From NCBI GenBank assembly GCA_020137815.1, contig CM035351.1:9858001-9922000 (forward strand): 64,000 nt of DNA. The letters are read 5' to 3'. Below the pieces are notes generated by a model. It searched no databases and was not told where the DNA came from. It worked only from the letters and a program-made list of their open reading frames with translations. Positions within the stretch are counted from its first letter, which is position 1, and every line of letters starts with the position of its first letter. Source of the DNA: Hormiphora californensis. Its lineage: Eukaryota > Animalia > Ctenophora. The position numbers and the translations under genes were made by a program. Below are positions 1 through 13,400 of the stretch, piece by piece.

Positions 1-1284
1 CTCATTTGCCGCATACGGCGTCTAGACGGCGTCGCAACGCCGTCTAGACGGTGTCTAGACGGTATACCGTCTGGACGGGTTTCGGTAAAATCAGCTAAAA
101 ACGGTACCGAAATTGCTTGAGACGGGTTATAGACGGTATCAGACGGTCTCTAGACGGGTTATAGACTGTATCAGACGGTGTTGCGACGGTATCAGACGGT
201 CTCTAGACGGTGTCTAGACGGTACCGTCCCGGTGTCCAGACGGTGTCTGGACGGTGTCTAGACGGTATCCGTCCGAAGTTGAGACGGCACGTCTGAAAAT
301 TGTACCAGACGCTGAGACGGACTTTTAGAACTCCGTCTGTATTTCAGACGGAGTTTTAAAAGTACGTCTCAACGCAGTCTAAAGGAAAATCGATGAAAGT
401 ACCGTCTAGACAACGTCTCAACTGAAACCGGTCAACATACCGTCTAAACAACGTCTAGACAACGTCTAAACAGAATCTCGCGATTCAGTTTCAAATACCG
501 TCTAGACAACTTCTCCAGCAATTTCGATACGAATACCGTCTAAACAACGTCTAGACAACGTCTTAAGCAAATCCGATACAGATACCGTCTAAAAAACGTC
601 TCATAACCGACACTATCTATCACTGATAGTATCAGCCATAGACAGTATCTCACAGTTGTATTACAACGCGATAGCTGGATGTAAGAGTGAATGTGGAGAT
701 ACCAAAACAGTATCTGTATCGGATTCGCTTAAGACGTTGTCTAGACGTTGTTTAGACGGTATTCGTATCGAAATTACTGGAGAAGTTGTCTAGACGGTAT
801 TTGAAACTGAATCGCGAGATTCTGTTTAGACGTTGTCTAGACGTTGTTTAGACGGTATGTTGACCGGTTTCAGTTGAGACGTTGTCTAGACGGTACTTTC
901 ATCGGTTTTCCTTTAGACTGCGTTGAGACGTACTTTTAAAACTCCGTCTGAAATACAGACGGAGTTCTAAAAGTCCGTCTCAACGTCTGGTACAATTTTC
1001 AGACGTGCCGTCTCAACTTCGGACGGATACCGTCCAGACACCGTCTAGACACCGGGACGGTACCGTCTAGACACCGTCTAGAGACCGTCTGATACCGTCG
1101 CAACACCGTCTGATACCGTCTATAACCCGTCTAGAGACCGTCTGATACCGTCTATAACCCGTCTCAAGCAATTTCGGTACCGTTTTTAGCTGATTTACCG
1201 AAACCCGTCCAGACGGTATACCGTCTAGACACCGTCTAGACGGCGTTGCGACGCCGTATGCAGCAAATGAGAAATTGCCCTCTG
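1..1284. mobile_element. Foldback element with arms of about 580 bp and ACCGTCTAGAC subrepeats; left end outside the window
   Basis: 1-587 is the reverse complement of about 708-1272; the right end is probably ...CCCTCTG|TA. Confidence 0.85.
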
Positions 1285-1355
1285 TATCTGTCTCTCTCCC
1301 TCTGTCTCTGTATCTCTGTCTTTCTCACGTTGCACAAGCCTACAATGCTTAAATC

Positions 1356-1935
1356 GGTGGGCGGACTCTAGTGCTACACTCTAAGTCTACAGTGGACTCT
1401 ATATCTAAATTTAGATTTAGATAAAGAGTCCAAATAAGTCTAAACTCTAGGAGGACTCTATCTCTAAAAAGTCTAAACAGGGCGGACTCTTTATCTAAAA
1501 AGTCTACAAAGAGCGGACTCTATATCTACATAAATCTAAATTAGACATAGAGTCCGCCATTCTCAGCGAACTCGAGATTTCGGCCGTTAGGCCGGAAACG
1601 AGAGTTTGCTGTACCTCTATACTAATTGAGAAGTGTTAGGGCCATTATTTGGGTTCGAGGTTAGGGTTAGGGTTATGGTTAGGGTTAGGTTTTGGGTTGG
1701 TTTAGGAATTTAGACATAGAGTCCGGGTTGGGGGATTTGGCGCCAAAACGTACCAGGGGACTCTATGTCTAAAAAGTCTACACAGGGCGGACTCTATATC
1801 TAAAAAGTCTAAACTGGGCGGACTCTTTATCTAAACTTTTTTCAAAGTCTAACTGTAGATAAAGAGTCCGGTTTTAGATATAGAGTCCGCCTTGAGTTTA
1901 GATAAAGAGTCCGTTAGCACTAGAGTCCGCCCACC
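1356..1935. mobile_element. Mutator-like MITE with 9-bp TSD GCTTAAATC
   Basis: TIR GGTGGGCGGACTCTAGTGCTA; GGACTCT subrepeats; internal TTAGGG-like tract. Confidence 0.85.
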
Positions 1936-2014
1936 GCTTAAATCATGACGGAGTGTATGCCGTTTATGCGATTGAACGTATAGGAGTGTGAGCGAGTATG
2001 CGTCTGCGTGCATA

Positions 2015-2144
<130 letters not shown>

Positions 2145-2967
2145 AGTGTGCGTGTCTACTTCTAGGATCTAGCAACACAGTACAAGTGTTTTGATCTTTA
2201 TTTGTTTAATTCTCGTTTAATTCTCTGTTTAATTCTCGTGACATGTGATCCGTTAAGATCATGTGCTTATTATAACGGGGGGCATACCCCAAATGGTCAG
2301 ATAAGTCACCATGATACCCCCCTCAGGTGGCCCTGTCATGTTAAGCACATGATCTTAACGAATCACGTGTCATGATTTAAGCACGTTAAGGTCGTTGGTT
2401 GGTTGGTTGGTATGAGCGGCTGGTGATTTGGGGGTTAAGGTCTTGCAACGTGAGAAAGAGGGACAGAGAGAGACAGAGACACAAAGAGATAGGGATAGAG
2501 TGATAGCTGAAAGAGACAGAGAGGGGATTAGTTTTGTGTGTGAACTGATACGGAGTACACTGATCCGTATCGGTTCACGATTCGGTAATCGGTACAGCTC
2601 ATTAGCGGCGGAACTGTTTACAATATCAACCGATACGGGGTACTGCTTACGATTCGGTAAACCTCATTAGCGGGGGAACCGCTTACAATGTGAACTGATA
2701 CGAAGGTATTGCTGTAATAGCTAATCACTATTACAAGGTATCGCTATTACAGTACTGTAATAGCGAGTTATTACAGGGGCCGCGGCAGGTCGGAATAATC
2801 ATCATCATCATCAATTAACATTTAATATACCGCTTTATAGCATATTGGTAAGATATCACTTAAAAAAGAAAAAACTTAACGGATACCTTCCTGCTTTCAA
2901 AAGCGGTTTTACTCTATTTGATCAATAAATTAGAGTCCATGAGCTAGTAGTGTTTATACAAATGTTC

Positions 2968-3120
2968 AAGTGTCCCTTGGTGCTTCTAACACCCTCTTTC
3001 CACGGATTATGAAGTGGGTTCCAGGGGACTGCTTTACCTTCTCCTTCAGTTCAACAACAAGCTTCTTCCGTTCTTTCCGTTCTTCTACTGTTCTATCAGG
3101 AGATATAAAGACTTTGCCAA
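2968..3120 (-). pseudogene. LINE ORF1 C-terminal fragment
   Basis: VFISPDRTVEERKERKKLVVELKEKVKQSPGTHFIIRGKRV, a typical CR1/L2 ORF1 end. Confidence 0.65.
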
Positions 3121-3761
3121 ACTTGTCGTTACAGTACCTGTACTGTAATAGCGAGTTATTACAGTACTGTAATAGCGTGTCGAGATTCTTCCGACCTGCC
3201 GAAATTTTAAAACTCTAAAAAACGACAGTTATTTAAAATCAGACTATAGTATAGTCTGATTTTAAATAACTGTCGTTTTTTAGAGTTTTCAAATTTCCGA
3301 ACCTCCAAATTTCAAGTCTCTATCTTATCAGGAATTGGAGATATGACAAATTTTGTTATTTCAGGGGTGCGACAGTTTCAAAAAATCCGACTTTATACCC
3401 TGCAGTCCCCATTTCATTCTCAAATCGCGACAGTGCGCTCAGATGGGGTCGCGGCGCCAGACAGCGCATGTAAACTTAGCATTGTTAGCATCTTGCATAA
3501 CAGAAATGTGCTGCGCGCTCTTATTATCTCACTCACCGACATGATTTCTGTGAACCATTGGTCACGCAAAAATCAAGGGGGCCGATTTCTAGAGAGAGAA
3601 GGGTTGTCCCAGTCAGTGTGGAAGATGTATTTCGAGACAAGTGAGCAGAGAGAGGGAGTATGAGAGTACGACGGTGTGTGGGTAATTTATTATAATTTTT
3701 GGGACCGGAGTCCGTTTTTTGGTTGTTTCCTTCGTTTAATTGCCTATTAAACTAGTAATAA

Positions 3762-4038
3762 GGGTCACCACACACCAAAGTTAAAATTAAAATTAAAATT
3801 TTGATTTTAAACCTGCACACACCAGCGGCCGTTAAAATTTCTCTCCCCATTCTAAAAGTAACAATCTCACGCACGATTTTGACGGTCGCGTTGGATGACA
3901 AAATTTTAACATGCCGTTAAAATCGCGCGCGAGATTGTTACTTTTAGAATGGGGAAGAGAAATTTTAACGGCCGCTGGTGTGTGCGGGTTTAAAATCAAA
4001 ATTTTAATTTTAATTTTAACTTTGGTGTGTGGTGACCC
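3762..4038. mobile_element. PIF/Harbinger-like palindromic MITE
   Basis: TAA TSD; TIR GGGTCACCACACACC; nearly fully palindromic. Confidence 0.85.
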
Positions 4039-4092
4039 TAACTTAAACATCATTCGTTAATCTAATTTAATGGTTTATAAAAACTAATGAAT

Positions 4093-4351
4093 AACTAGAC
4101 CAAAAAACAAAGGAAATTTGTTTGGAACACCCGTGGCCTTTTTCGATACTTGACGCTGCGGGAAATGCACCCATAATCTGAGCTATACTACTAGGTATCG
4201 TTGTGCCATCTCTCCAAGTTCTAACATACGCACACTTTCTCTCACTCTTCCTCACGTCTTGCTCTGACGAAGGGTGCATTTCCCGCAGCGTCAAGTATCG
4301 AAAAAGGCCACGGGTGTTCCAAACAAATTTCCTTTGTTTTTTGGTCTAGTT
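4093..4351. repeat. Inverted repeat with arms of about 80 bp
   Basis: AACTAGACC...TGCACCC and its exact reverse complement. Confidence 0.8.
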
Positions 4352-4374
4352 TCTCAGGGTTTTTGTAAACAGGT

Positions 4375-5125
4375 AACATAAATATGCAAATAACGGCTAA
4401 ACGGTGCGAGATACGACTTTTTGTCAAGTGGACGACCCCCCATAAATCGACTCTTCTGCGTCGAAATATGTCCATGAAAACATTCTAGGACCAGCTGAAG
4501 TGGAAATATTCAGAATATGCATTAAATCATGAATCAGTGCATAAATATGCATATAACGGCTAAACGGTGCGAGATACGACTTTTTGTCCGGGGGACGACC
4601 CCCCATAAATCGACTCTTCTGCGTCGAAATATGTCCATGAAAACGTTCTAGGACCATCTGAAGTGGAAATATTCAGAATATGCATTAAATCATGAACCTG
4701 CGCATAAATATGCAAATAACGGCTAAACGGTGCGAGATACGACTTTTTGTCCAGGGGACGACCCCCCATAAATCGACTATTCTACGTCGAAATATGTCCA
4801 TGAAAACATTCTAGGACCAGCTGAAGTGGAAATATTCAGAATATGCATTAAATCATGAATCAGTGCATAAATATGCATATAACGGCTAAACGGTGCGAGA
4901 TACGACTTTTTGTCCGGGGGACGACCCCCCATAAATCGACTCTTCTGCGTCGAAATATGTCCATGAAAACGTTCTAGGACCATCTGAAGTGGAAATATTC
5001 AGAATATGCATTAAATCATGAAGCTGCGCATAAATATGCAAATAACGGCTAAACGGTGCGAGATACGACTTTTTGTCCGGGGGACGACCCCCCATAGATC
5101 GACTCTTCTGCGTCGAAATATGTCC
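4375..5125. repeat. 163-bp tandem array with A/B alternation, inside a HINE-like element containing (GTAT)n
   Basis: Units start at about 4378, 4541, 4704, 4867 and 5030. Confidence 0.9.
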
Positions 5126-6299
5126 TTTGAAATGTCCTTACAACAACCAATACCGAGATAATCATAAAATTATACATAAATTATGCATAATTAATGACTT
5201 CCCATGCTCAAATCAAAATTTTACATAGCCTACGACATGTAGAATAGTCGATTTATGGGGGGTCTTCCTCGGGACAAAAAGCTCTAAATCCAGCCGTTTT
5301 TGCTCAGTTTGGTTTGTAAAAAGGTGGTGCGTATGTATGTATGTATGTATGTATGTATGTATACAGAGCAAGCGTTTGGGACCCCCCTCGTAACTTTTGA
5401 ACGAAACCATCGATCCACTTGAAATTTTAAACACTATTAGATATCATTGAGGTAGCTTTACATACAAAATTTCAGCGTGCTAGCTTGTCGGGAACATGGT
5501 TAAATAGACGCTCGAAAAGGGCGAAAGTCACATCCGTATGGTATACTGCACTGGCCCCGAATCGGGCGAAATTAAATTTTCCGCGCCTGAGTTTATCCTT
5601 TCAGATTTGATCTTATAATGTTCTAGGATGACCTTAGAAGGGGTGGGATGGTTTTTCATTGCTGGGGGCTTTGCCCCCAGACCCCCATTAGGCCACGGGG
5701 CACTTGCCAGTGCAGTGATCTAATGAAGCTAAAATGGGAGGCGGGGTATCGAGATTTGGAATCATCAGCGTACAAAAGCACGCGCAAACACAAAGGCGCG
5801 CGCGGACCTCAAAGAGCCGCGCAGCTCCATTCACTCCGCAAACAACCGATGTTTCAAATTTCTGACGGGAAGTTGTGTATCTGAGATCTCATCTCTCACT
5901 CCTTTTTTGCTTTTCTCTTCCGCTTGTAATACTACCTATTAACGTGTATCCCTTACTTCGCGGACTTTTTTCAGCAGTCAGATTCTACACATCACATCAC
6001 AGTTTGTCACAGCTCAGTTGAGCTGCAAAAACCGTTTTGCTTGTGAATCTCCCTGATTGTGAGAGCAATCTCTATCTCTTTCCCGTGCTCACAGCCTCCA
6101 CTGGTTATAGGTATTACTTCTGCTACCAGCTTCAAGGACCGGTTGAGGGTGTACACTGTACAGTTATGAAAGGGTACAGTGGAGTATTTGTGGTGAAGTG
6201 CAAGGAGACTGAGGGATATTTGATCTGTAATCTGTTGAAGGAATCTTTTCCAAGGTGTGACTGCTGGCCGTAGTTTGTGAGACACTTAAAAGACGCCTA

Positions 6300-6890
6300 G
6301 CAAGAGTAAAATTAAGACCCAATTAAGAGTATCAAAAAGCCAGAGCTAAAGGATTTTACCGAGAAAGTTCTCCATTTGCTTCGGAGAGGTGCTACCCTGT
6401 TCTTGACCGCCTGAGAAATGTAGATTGAAGGGTAAGAGAATGAAAGGAGGTTATTGGACAGCAAAGAGGAGTTAATTTCTGCACAAAAAGCCTTGGTAGA
6501 ATATCAGGATTGTCTTAAAAGTTGCAGTGTCATGTCAGTTGCTCGACCTTTTCCTCGGTACTAAAGAAGTTGTGACTGCGTGCGGTGACAGTTCCCTAGC
6601 TCCGCAGCGCATTTTTACATAAATTACGAGTGCTACAGAAAACAGGACTAACAATGCGGTTGTTTTCTCGATCCCAATGAGACTTTTTTAACAAAGATTT
6701 GCGTTACTAGTGTTTACAGCATGAAGTTCCTTGAAAGGTTCAAGGGTGGTACTGAAGAACCAGTTAAGCTGTGCCTGTCTGGACGAGAATATCGAGATAT
6801 ATCTGTCTTGCAAGAGTGGTCTAAAAGAAGTGTGATAGGTACAAAGATCTGTACATCTCCCCAGTCCGTTCACCCGAGGAATGGAAAAAC
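6300..6890 (+). pseudogene. Highly decayed LINE ORF1 fragment
   Basis: Frameshifted similarity to the 2968-3120 type (PVKLCLS..., tacatctcccca = YISP). Confidence 0.35.
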
Positions 6891-7170
6891 GTTAGCTGGT
6901 ACCCTGCAGGTGCCTAATCGAACAACCATGTGATATACTGTAAGTTATGTGCATATTTTAGAGCTGAATTGTGCCCGTTTTCTTTTATTCAAAAAGATAT
7001 CCCTGTTTCCCCCTCCAACACTCTCTTCCTTTCCCGATTCCGGTTGTTATGTTCTAACCCTCCCGTTACATTTATTTTTAAAGGGAAGCGGGGCACGCAA
7101 AAGGCAGTCTAGCTTGGCAAGATTCCGGTGCGTTTTAGTGGTAAACGGAAAACATCATTTGTCTTTTCTT

Positions 7171-7423
7171 ATTAGAAGGGTTAGGACCACATCCGCTGCA
7201 TCTCGTTTCTGCCAACTAGTGTTACAACTGTACGGAACCCTCTAGCTCCGATACCCTGTTTACAAGCCATACAGCAGGGATCTCGGCTATAATCGAGATG
7301 AATCTAGCCGAGATCCCTGCTGTATGGCTTGTAAACATGGTATCGGAGCTAGAGGGTTCCGTACAGTTGTAACACTAGTTGGCAGAAACGAGATGCAGCA
7401 GATGTGGTCCTAACCCTTCTAAT
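7171..7423. mobile_element. Palindromic MITE-like element
   Basis: Arms of about 118 bp with a short loop. Confidence 0.8.
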
Positions 7424-7523
7424 TGACATGTACCGGTGACAGTGCACACCAGGACTACTACCCATCGCTCTCGTTACCATGTGTTGGCCAGTTTAGGATC
7501 AGTTACCCCCAACCCACCCTTTA

Positions 7524-7849
7524 TATAGAGGCTACAACAAAACGATGTGCTGTCGCACCATACCATTGTTGCCATGGTGACGAAAGGGGTTTTACAGGAT
7601 AATGAGTGATGATATCACCGCGGTGCGACAGCACATCTAATTAAGGGGCGTACTGTTACACAATAGTATTGCTATGGCTTCGTTTAAAGATCCTGTCATT
7701 GGTTAAAACCGTATGGGAATGTGTTTAAACTATGATGTGCTGTCGCACCGCGGTGATTATCATCACCTCATTATCCTGTAAACCCCCTTTCGTCACCATG
7801 GCAACGATGGTACGGTGCGACAGCACATCGTTTTGTTGTAGCCTCTATA
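7524..7849. mobile_element. Palindromic MITE
   Basis: TATAGAGGCTACAACAAAACG TIR; arms of about 110 bp. Confidence 0.8.
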
Positions 7850-8823
7850 ACAAATGTCTTTTCTGTAACTTGTGAGTGGCTTCAGCCTTCATCCCCCGGC
7901 TTCATCTTCTTGAAGTCTGTTACTGATCTGGGCTTTCCATTGCCGTTAAATAGGACTGGAGGTTTCCTTATTAGTTGTTTCCGAAGATGCCGGCAGCAGA
8001 GAACCCACAAGGCTTGTCTGAGTAGGTCTTGGCGAGTTTCTTGTACTCTTCTTCAGTTTCGGCATCGAGAATTTTAATGGGATCAGTTCCTCTGACCGAG
8101 GCGGGTTAGTTGTGGGGCGGGGTGTATACTGTATAGGCTCAAAAAGGGGCCAAAATGTCGTGCAGCAACAATTCTCTCCCAGCATATTCTCTGCCCTCAT
8201 TAAAATATGCATGAGCCAACGTCTCTGTGGTCCATTAAGTAAGGGGCGATTCAAAAAGGGTGGCCAGGGGTAGGGGAAGGGGGCCAATTTCGGATATCTC
8301 TAGACAATCATGGGGAGGGGGGTTAACGCAATTCGGACTGTCCCAGGTTTTGAAGAAAAATTTCACTGATTTACTAGATATAAGTGGATGAAACTCGGAC
8401 AGGAGAAGGAAATTCCGTGATGTGGAGACCCGGGGCCGAAAGGCGTCAGGATGCAATTATATGTTGGTGCTAAAAAGGATTAAGACTTGTACAGGAAAGT
8501 CTAAAAACGTGCCAAGAAAGACTACTCGATCTGGTAAACCAGTGCCTTTGGGCCCCGGGTCATCCAAACCAATTTGATTGGTTTTTGGTACTAGTGGTAT
8601 ATGATACCAGCCTCCTTTAGTTGTCCATGATTCTGATTTTTCACTCTCTCAGTTCTCACTCGCTCTCTATCTCGGCCTCTTTATCGCCTATGGCCTAGTT
8701 GGATACGTGACACGAATCACTGTTAGGGGAGGGTAATTCGGTCTCTCTACCTCCTATGGTAGAGACCGATACGTGCAATGAAACACTATTAGGGGAGGAC
8801 GATTCGGTGTATCTACCGCTTTA

Positions 8824-9543
8824 TAGTAGGGACGATAGTGTCAGTCGATGTCAGGGATTTTAAAATTTCCCTATTCACGTGTTCGGGGAGCCTCTCCCGA
8901 GTAAAATGAGACCAATTAGAGCTCCCAATCTTTTCTCGTTCTCTTGATGGGAGTTGTTTGGATGGGGGGTAAACACACGACAACTGATTACCGAATCATA
9001 AGAAACTTCCTAGGAAAGTGATACGTTACAAATGGGTTATTATAAATCACGCTTACAAAGAAATCACGCTTACAAAGAAGGTCACGTGACTTCGTCAAAA
9101 ATCAAAAAAATGCTAATAGCTCGGCTCCTAGTTGGGGGATTGATCTACCCCTACAGATTTTTGATCAGCTTATCAGGCTCGATCAAACGCATCCGGTCTC
9201 GACCCCCCGCGTTGACCTAATTTGATAATCCTTGATGACGTCATCACCGGATTACACACTTTCAAACGCCATAGCGCCACGCCCATAACTCCGATCGACC
9301 TGAAAAAATTTTTGCCCACTAATCTAGTGGTCCCCTACCAGCTAGTATAAAAATTTAAGCCCTAAGATGTAGATTTCTGGTAGTTGCTGATGACGTCATA
9401 ATTAGCATAATCGCGAATAATTAGAGAACGAGAAAAGATTGGGAGCTCTAATTGGTCGCATTTTACTCAGGAGAGGCTCCCCGAACACTTGAATAGGGAA
9501 ATTTTAAAATCCTTGACATCGACTGACACTATCGTCCCTACTA
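8824..9543. mobile_element. TIR element (TAGTAGGG...CCCTACTA family)
   Basis: TIRs of about 120 bp; similar termini at about 39598 and 53156-53376. Confidence 0.8.
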
Positions 9544-10710
9544 TTAGTCTAGCTGGATACGTGATCAATTGCAGCCTTTTATTGCAGCCTTTTATTGCAG
9601 CCTTTTAATGCAGCCTTTTATTGCAGCCTTTTATTGGGAGCGAAGTTCTACTCACCTGCCGTCCTATTCTCCCATCGAAAAAATAAGATGACGAAAAATT
9701 TTAGGTATCTTGTCAACCATTAAGAATACCGTGCTGTATAATGTATTTAAAATAATGAAGGTTCGATGAAACTGGTTCTGATCGAAGCACCGGATCGATC
9801 TGAGAAGCTTGGCGAACTAATGTCTTAATACGGATATTTGTATCCTGAAAAAAAGTATGTTTCTTCTAAAGTGTTGTCTGCATTGTTTCCGGTGTGATGA
9901 TCTTTTTTTTCAGCAACCATCTTCATCCATTCGGTTTTATCTTTCGAATTCTACTCCAATCTTCCAAGCAATTGTCCTGAAAAAAAGGTTTTACCTTTTT
10001 ATTGTTATTAGTAGACAATGTTACAGATGATAAAAACGATGCGGATCCTGGCAAGAGTGTGATAATCCCCAAAAAGGTTAAGTATTTACACAAAATTTGG
10101 GGGGGGGGGGGGCTAAAACAATTAAGCCATCGGCCAAAATCAGGGTACTGTTTGTATTTTTTAGCTTTTTTAAAAGCTTTTGGTGTATGGTGTACGGATG
10201 TGGACTGAATCGGACTTGTTATGTGAGAGGTGGAAGTTACCAGCAGCGACACTAGTGGAAGCTCCCACGGCATCTCCCACGCCTCGCGGGAAAGCCCCCG
10301 ACCGCGAAAAAGCCCCCGAACCGCGGGAAAAGAGAGACACACAACAACTAATTAATCCCTCCCCCCACGGCCAAAAACCCCCCGCGGGGCGCGGAAAACA
10401 CCGCAAGAGCTCCCACTACACACATCCCATAACCATTCCCATCCCCACAACGAAAGTGTGACCAAAAAGGTCGTTTTCGAATTCTAACCCTGCTATGCCT
10501 TTTTGCAAAGCAAGGGCAGGGAAAAAATTGGAAAAATTCCCCGCAAAAGGATCTGCCGTTTGAAAGTGAGCACTTCGGTTCCACGGGAAGAAAAATACTG
10601 ACACACAGCCGCACAAACTTCGTGTGAGATGGTTTTTCACGCCCTAATTAAGCATGGTGTGAAAGAGAGATCTACTGAGTTATTTCATTGATCAATTAGA
10701 TGTGTGAATA

Positions 10711-10874
10711 ACACCCTCCCGAGGGGCTACCAAAAAGGCCGAATTACGCCTTTTAGGCGTAATTCGGCCTGTGCACAAGGCGTAATTCTGCGGCGTAATT
10801 CGGCCGCAGAATTCAGCCTAAAAGGCGTAATTCAGCCTAAATTTGGCCGAATTCTGCCCATGGAACAAGGGTGT
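10711..10874. mobile_element. Short TIR element with GGCCGAATTACGCC subrepeats
   Basis: TA|ACACCCT...AGGGTGT|TA. Confidence 0.55.
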
Positions 10875-11446
10875 TAGCAGCAGTACCCACTCTGGAACAC
10901 TTAGAGATCACATGCTTCTCGCTTAGAGAGTCCACAACCCCTGAATCCTTTGTCAGACACTGACTGTACATCGCGCAACCTCGATGCACAGTCAGACCCC
11001 AAACGCAGCTTTAGAACGCGCAAAGGAGAAGATGTGGCCTTCCTCACAGCATGCTGGATCTCTTCCTCAGTGCCATAAAAACTGCACAATTCTGTGCGAG
11101 AGCTGCAGAATAGGTCTTCAGATCTCGCTGCACAGTCTTTTTGACCGCACTTTATTCAGCAGACCGGATCTCGTCCTTAAGTGGATAACCTGCTCCTGGA
11201 GAGATTATCTTCCTCTGGGCCTCAGCAAGGTCCACCGTCAACTTGAGGGTACTGCCAGTGGTGTCAGCACTCCCCTCCTCCTCTTCTTTCTCAGATTCAG
11301 CCTCAATCTCAGCGAGCCGACTGTGTAGGCTCTTAGTCTCCAGAAAGTACGGGAGACACTGCTTGAACAACAGTGAGGATGCTGCCTCCAAACTATCTCT
11401 ATGGACCCCCCCCCCCCCCCGGCAACCCATATCTCTAGACTCTTAC

Positions 11447-11568
11447 CGATTATCAAATCCGCAAGTGAATAAATTTGCCGGTTTGTCATCTGTAGCCCAT
11501 ACTGCACAACAAACCATTCGTTGGTGTCCAGGTTGGGATCGTCTTGGTAAACGCTCCAAATAGTTACC
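11447..11568 (-). CDS. WDR37: WDR37-like exon (last WD40); a further short terminal exon was not located
   Basis: cgcag acceptor and gtaaga donor; phase 0 to 2. Encodes GNYLERLPRRSQPGHQRMVCCAVWATDDKPANLFTCGFDNR. Confidence 0.93.
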
Positions 11569-11689
11569 CTGCGAGAGAAGAATTAATAACTAATATGGTA
11601 CAGTAACTCTATTTGACACATCAGTCATTGGGCCAAAGTTGCTGCAACTTTGGCCCAACTTAGTTGCATGCATATTATTATGCAACTGG

Positions 11690-13400
11690 CAACATCTCGA
11701 AAAGCATGAAATTGCGTGCAGAATGGATCTACACTGCAGTAGTTAGACCGAACCTTGAATACGGGATAGAAATAACAAACACCGCACTACAAAACAAGAA
11801 AATAGCTAACAAACTGAGAAGCGTCCAAGGGAAGGCACTAAAAATGATAACTGGAGCACTAGCAACTACAGCAACGGCAGACCTAAACATTCTTACAGAC
11901 TATATTGACATAGCTGAACACCTAAAAGTGAACGTGGCAAAAACCATTACTAAACTAAGAAACGAAGGACAATGGACCAAAGAAAAACCGAAACACAACG
12001 GACACAAAAGTATTGACGATAACATAAGACGTTACATAGGCCACAAACAAATCGACACAGCCACACCGACGTCCGACACTCAACTTGGATACGGCCTTCA
12101 CCACAACCGTGCCAGACGACCCAAACGAGTACGCAAAAGAAGCTGAAAAAGAAATGGAGAGTGACACACCAATTCAATGCTACACAGACGGATCAAAAAA
12201 TGAAAAAGGAGAAACAGGCAGCGGAATATTTATAATAAAACAAAGGAAAGAAATTGTCAGAAACTCTAATAACCTACCGGACACATCGACAGTATTCCAA
12301 GCGGAAGTAATAGCCATCACGAAAGTAGCGAAAACAATGATAGAAAGTAAACAAGAACATGAAGAAATAAATATCTGGCTGGATAGCCAGGCAGCCATAA
12401 AAGCCCTAATGTTATATCATATCACTCCCGCTCCGCGCGACCATTTGCACGGTGAAATATGCACTCTGCTTCCACGGGAGCATGCAGATATAGGGGTAGC
12501 GGGATATAAGTAAGAACAGTGTCCCTCAGTGTTTTTACACCTTATTCACACACAAACACACAGAATATGACTGACAAGGTACCACACAACACATTTTACA
12601 CTCACTCTCCCTGCAGCGGGGGGAACTCAGGTTCTTCGTGCCAGCTGAGTTCTTCTAGCTCAGTCCCGTTGCCGTGGACCTGGTTGGCTGATGGTCCAGT
12701 GATTACGGTCAAATCACACCGGCTCTCTCCCCAATCTTGGGGAGTAAACTTTGCCAGAGACCTTGCCGAACTCAACTATGGCACCGAGCTCTTGCAGTGC
12801 GACTGGTCCCTGCTGGGATTTGGTTCGGCGGTCGATTGATGAGCGGTTGGTTGACGATTGATATCAGTCGTTGATCGATCGTTTGTCGGTCGGTCGTCGG
12901 GCTGAGTCTTAGTGGGGATCCCGGTTGAACTGATAATCTCACCCCAGCCAGTAACCTTGTTACACATGGCAACCCATGATTTGTAATCACCGAGGGCCTC
13001 TGCCTACTAGGCATGCCTGATGACCCTTCGGCTGTCTCCCATTTAATTATGGGGGTAAATTCTACGCCAGAGAACTAGCCTCCCTCAATTATGGCAACCC
13101 ATGATTTGTAATCACCCGGCAGCTGTAGCCTTTAAAACAGCCCTCCTGTCCAACATCCCATATTGGTCGGACGGAGGTTACCTTCTCTCGCAAAAATAGG
13201 GGTTATTCCCCTGGGGAACCTCTGCCCAAATTTTTGCCACATACTACCTTTGCAGCTCCTCCACTGCCCCGACCTAGATGAGCTACGATACAAGCTCGAC
13301 TACCAAGATATCATCAACAACATTCTCACTCCCAGCAACACACTGGATCTGCACAAATTCTCCAAATTAGTATACAGAAGTAACCTATTCGAATAAACCA
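11690..13400 (+). mobile_element. 3' part of an RNase H-containing LINE (I/R1/LOA group), interrupted by an LTR-like insert
   Basis: YTAVVRPNLEYG; RNase H motifs YTDGSK, TVFQAEVIAI, DSQAAIKAL; C-terminal HCPDLDELR at about 13260. Confidence 0.85.
12410..13241. mobile_element. Probable solo LTR
   Basis: Begins TGTTATATCAT, the same start as the LTR at 62181, exactly where the RNase H frame breaks; ends ...GCCACA. No TSD recovered. Confidence 0.45.

Noticed and set aside
1655-1710. True telomere or chromosome fusion site
   Set aside because: Short, degenerate and internal to a TSD-flanked MITE.
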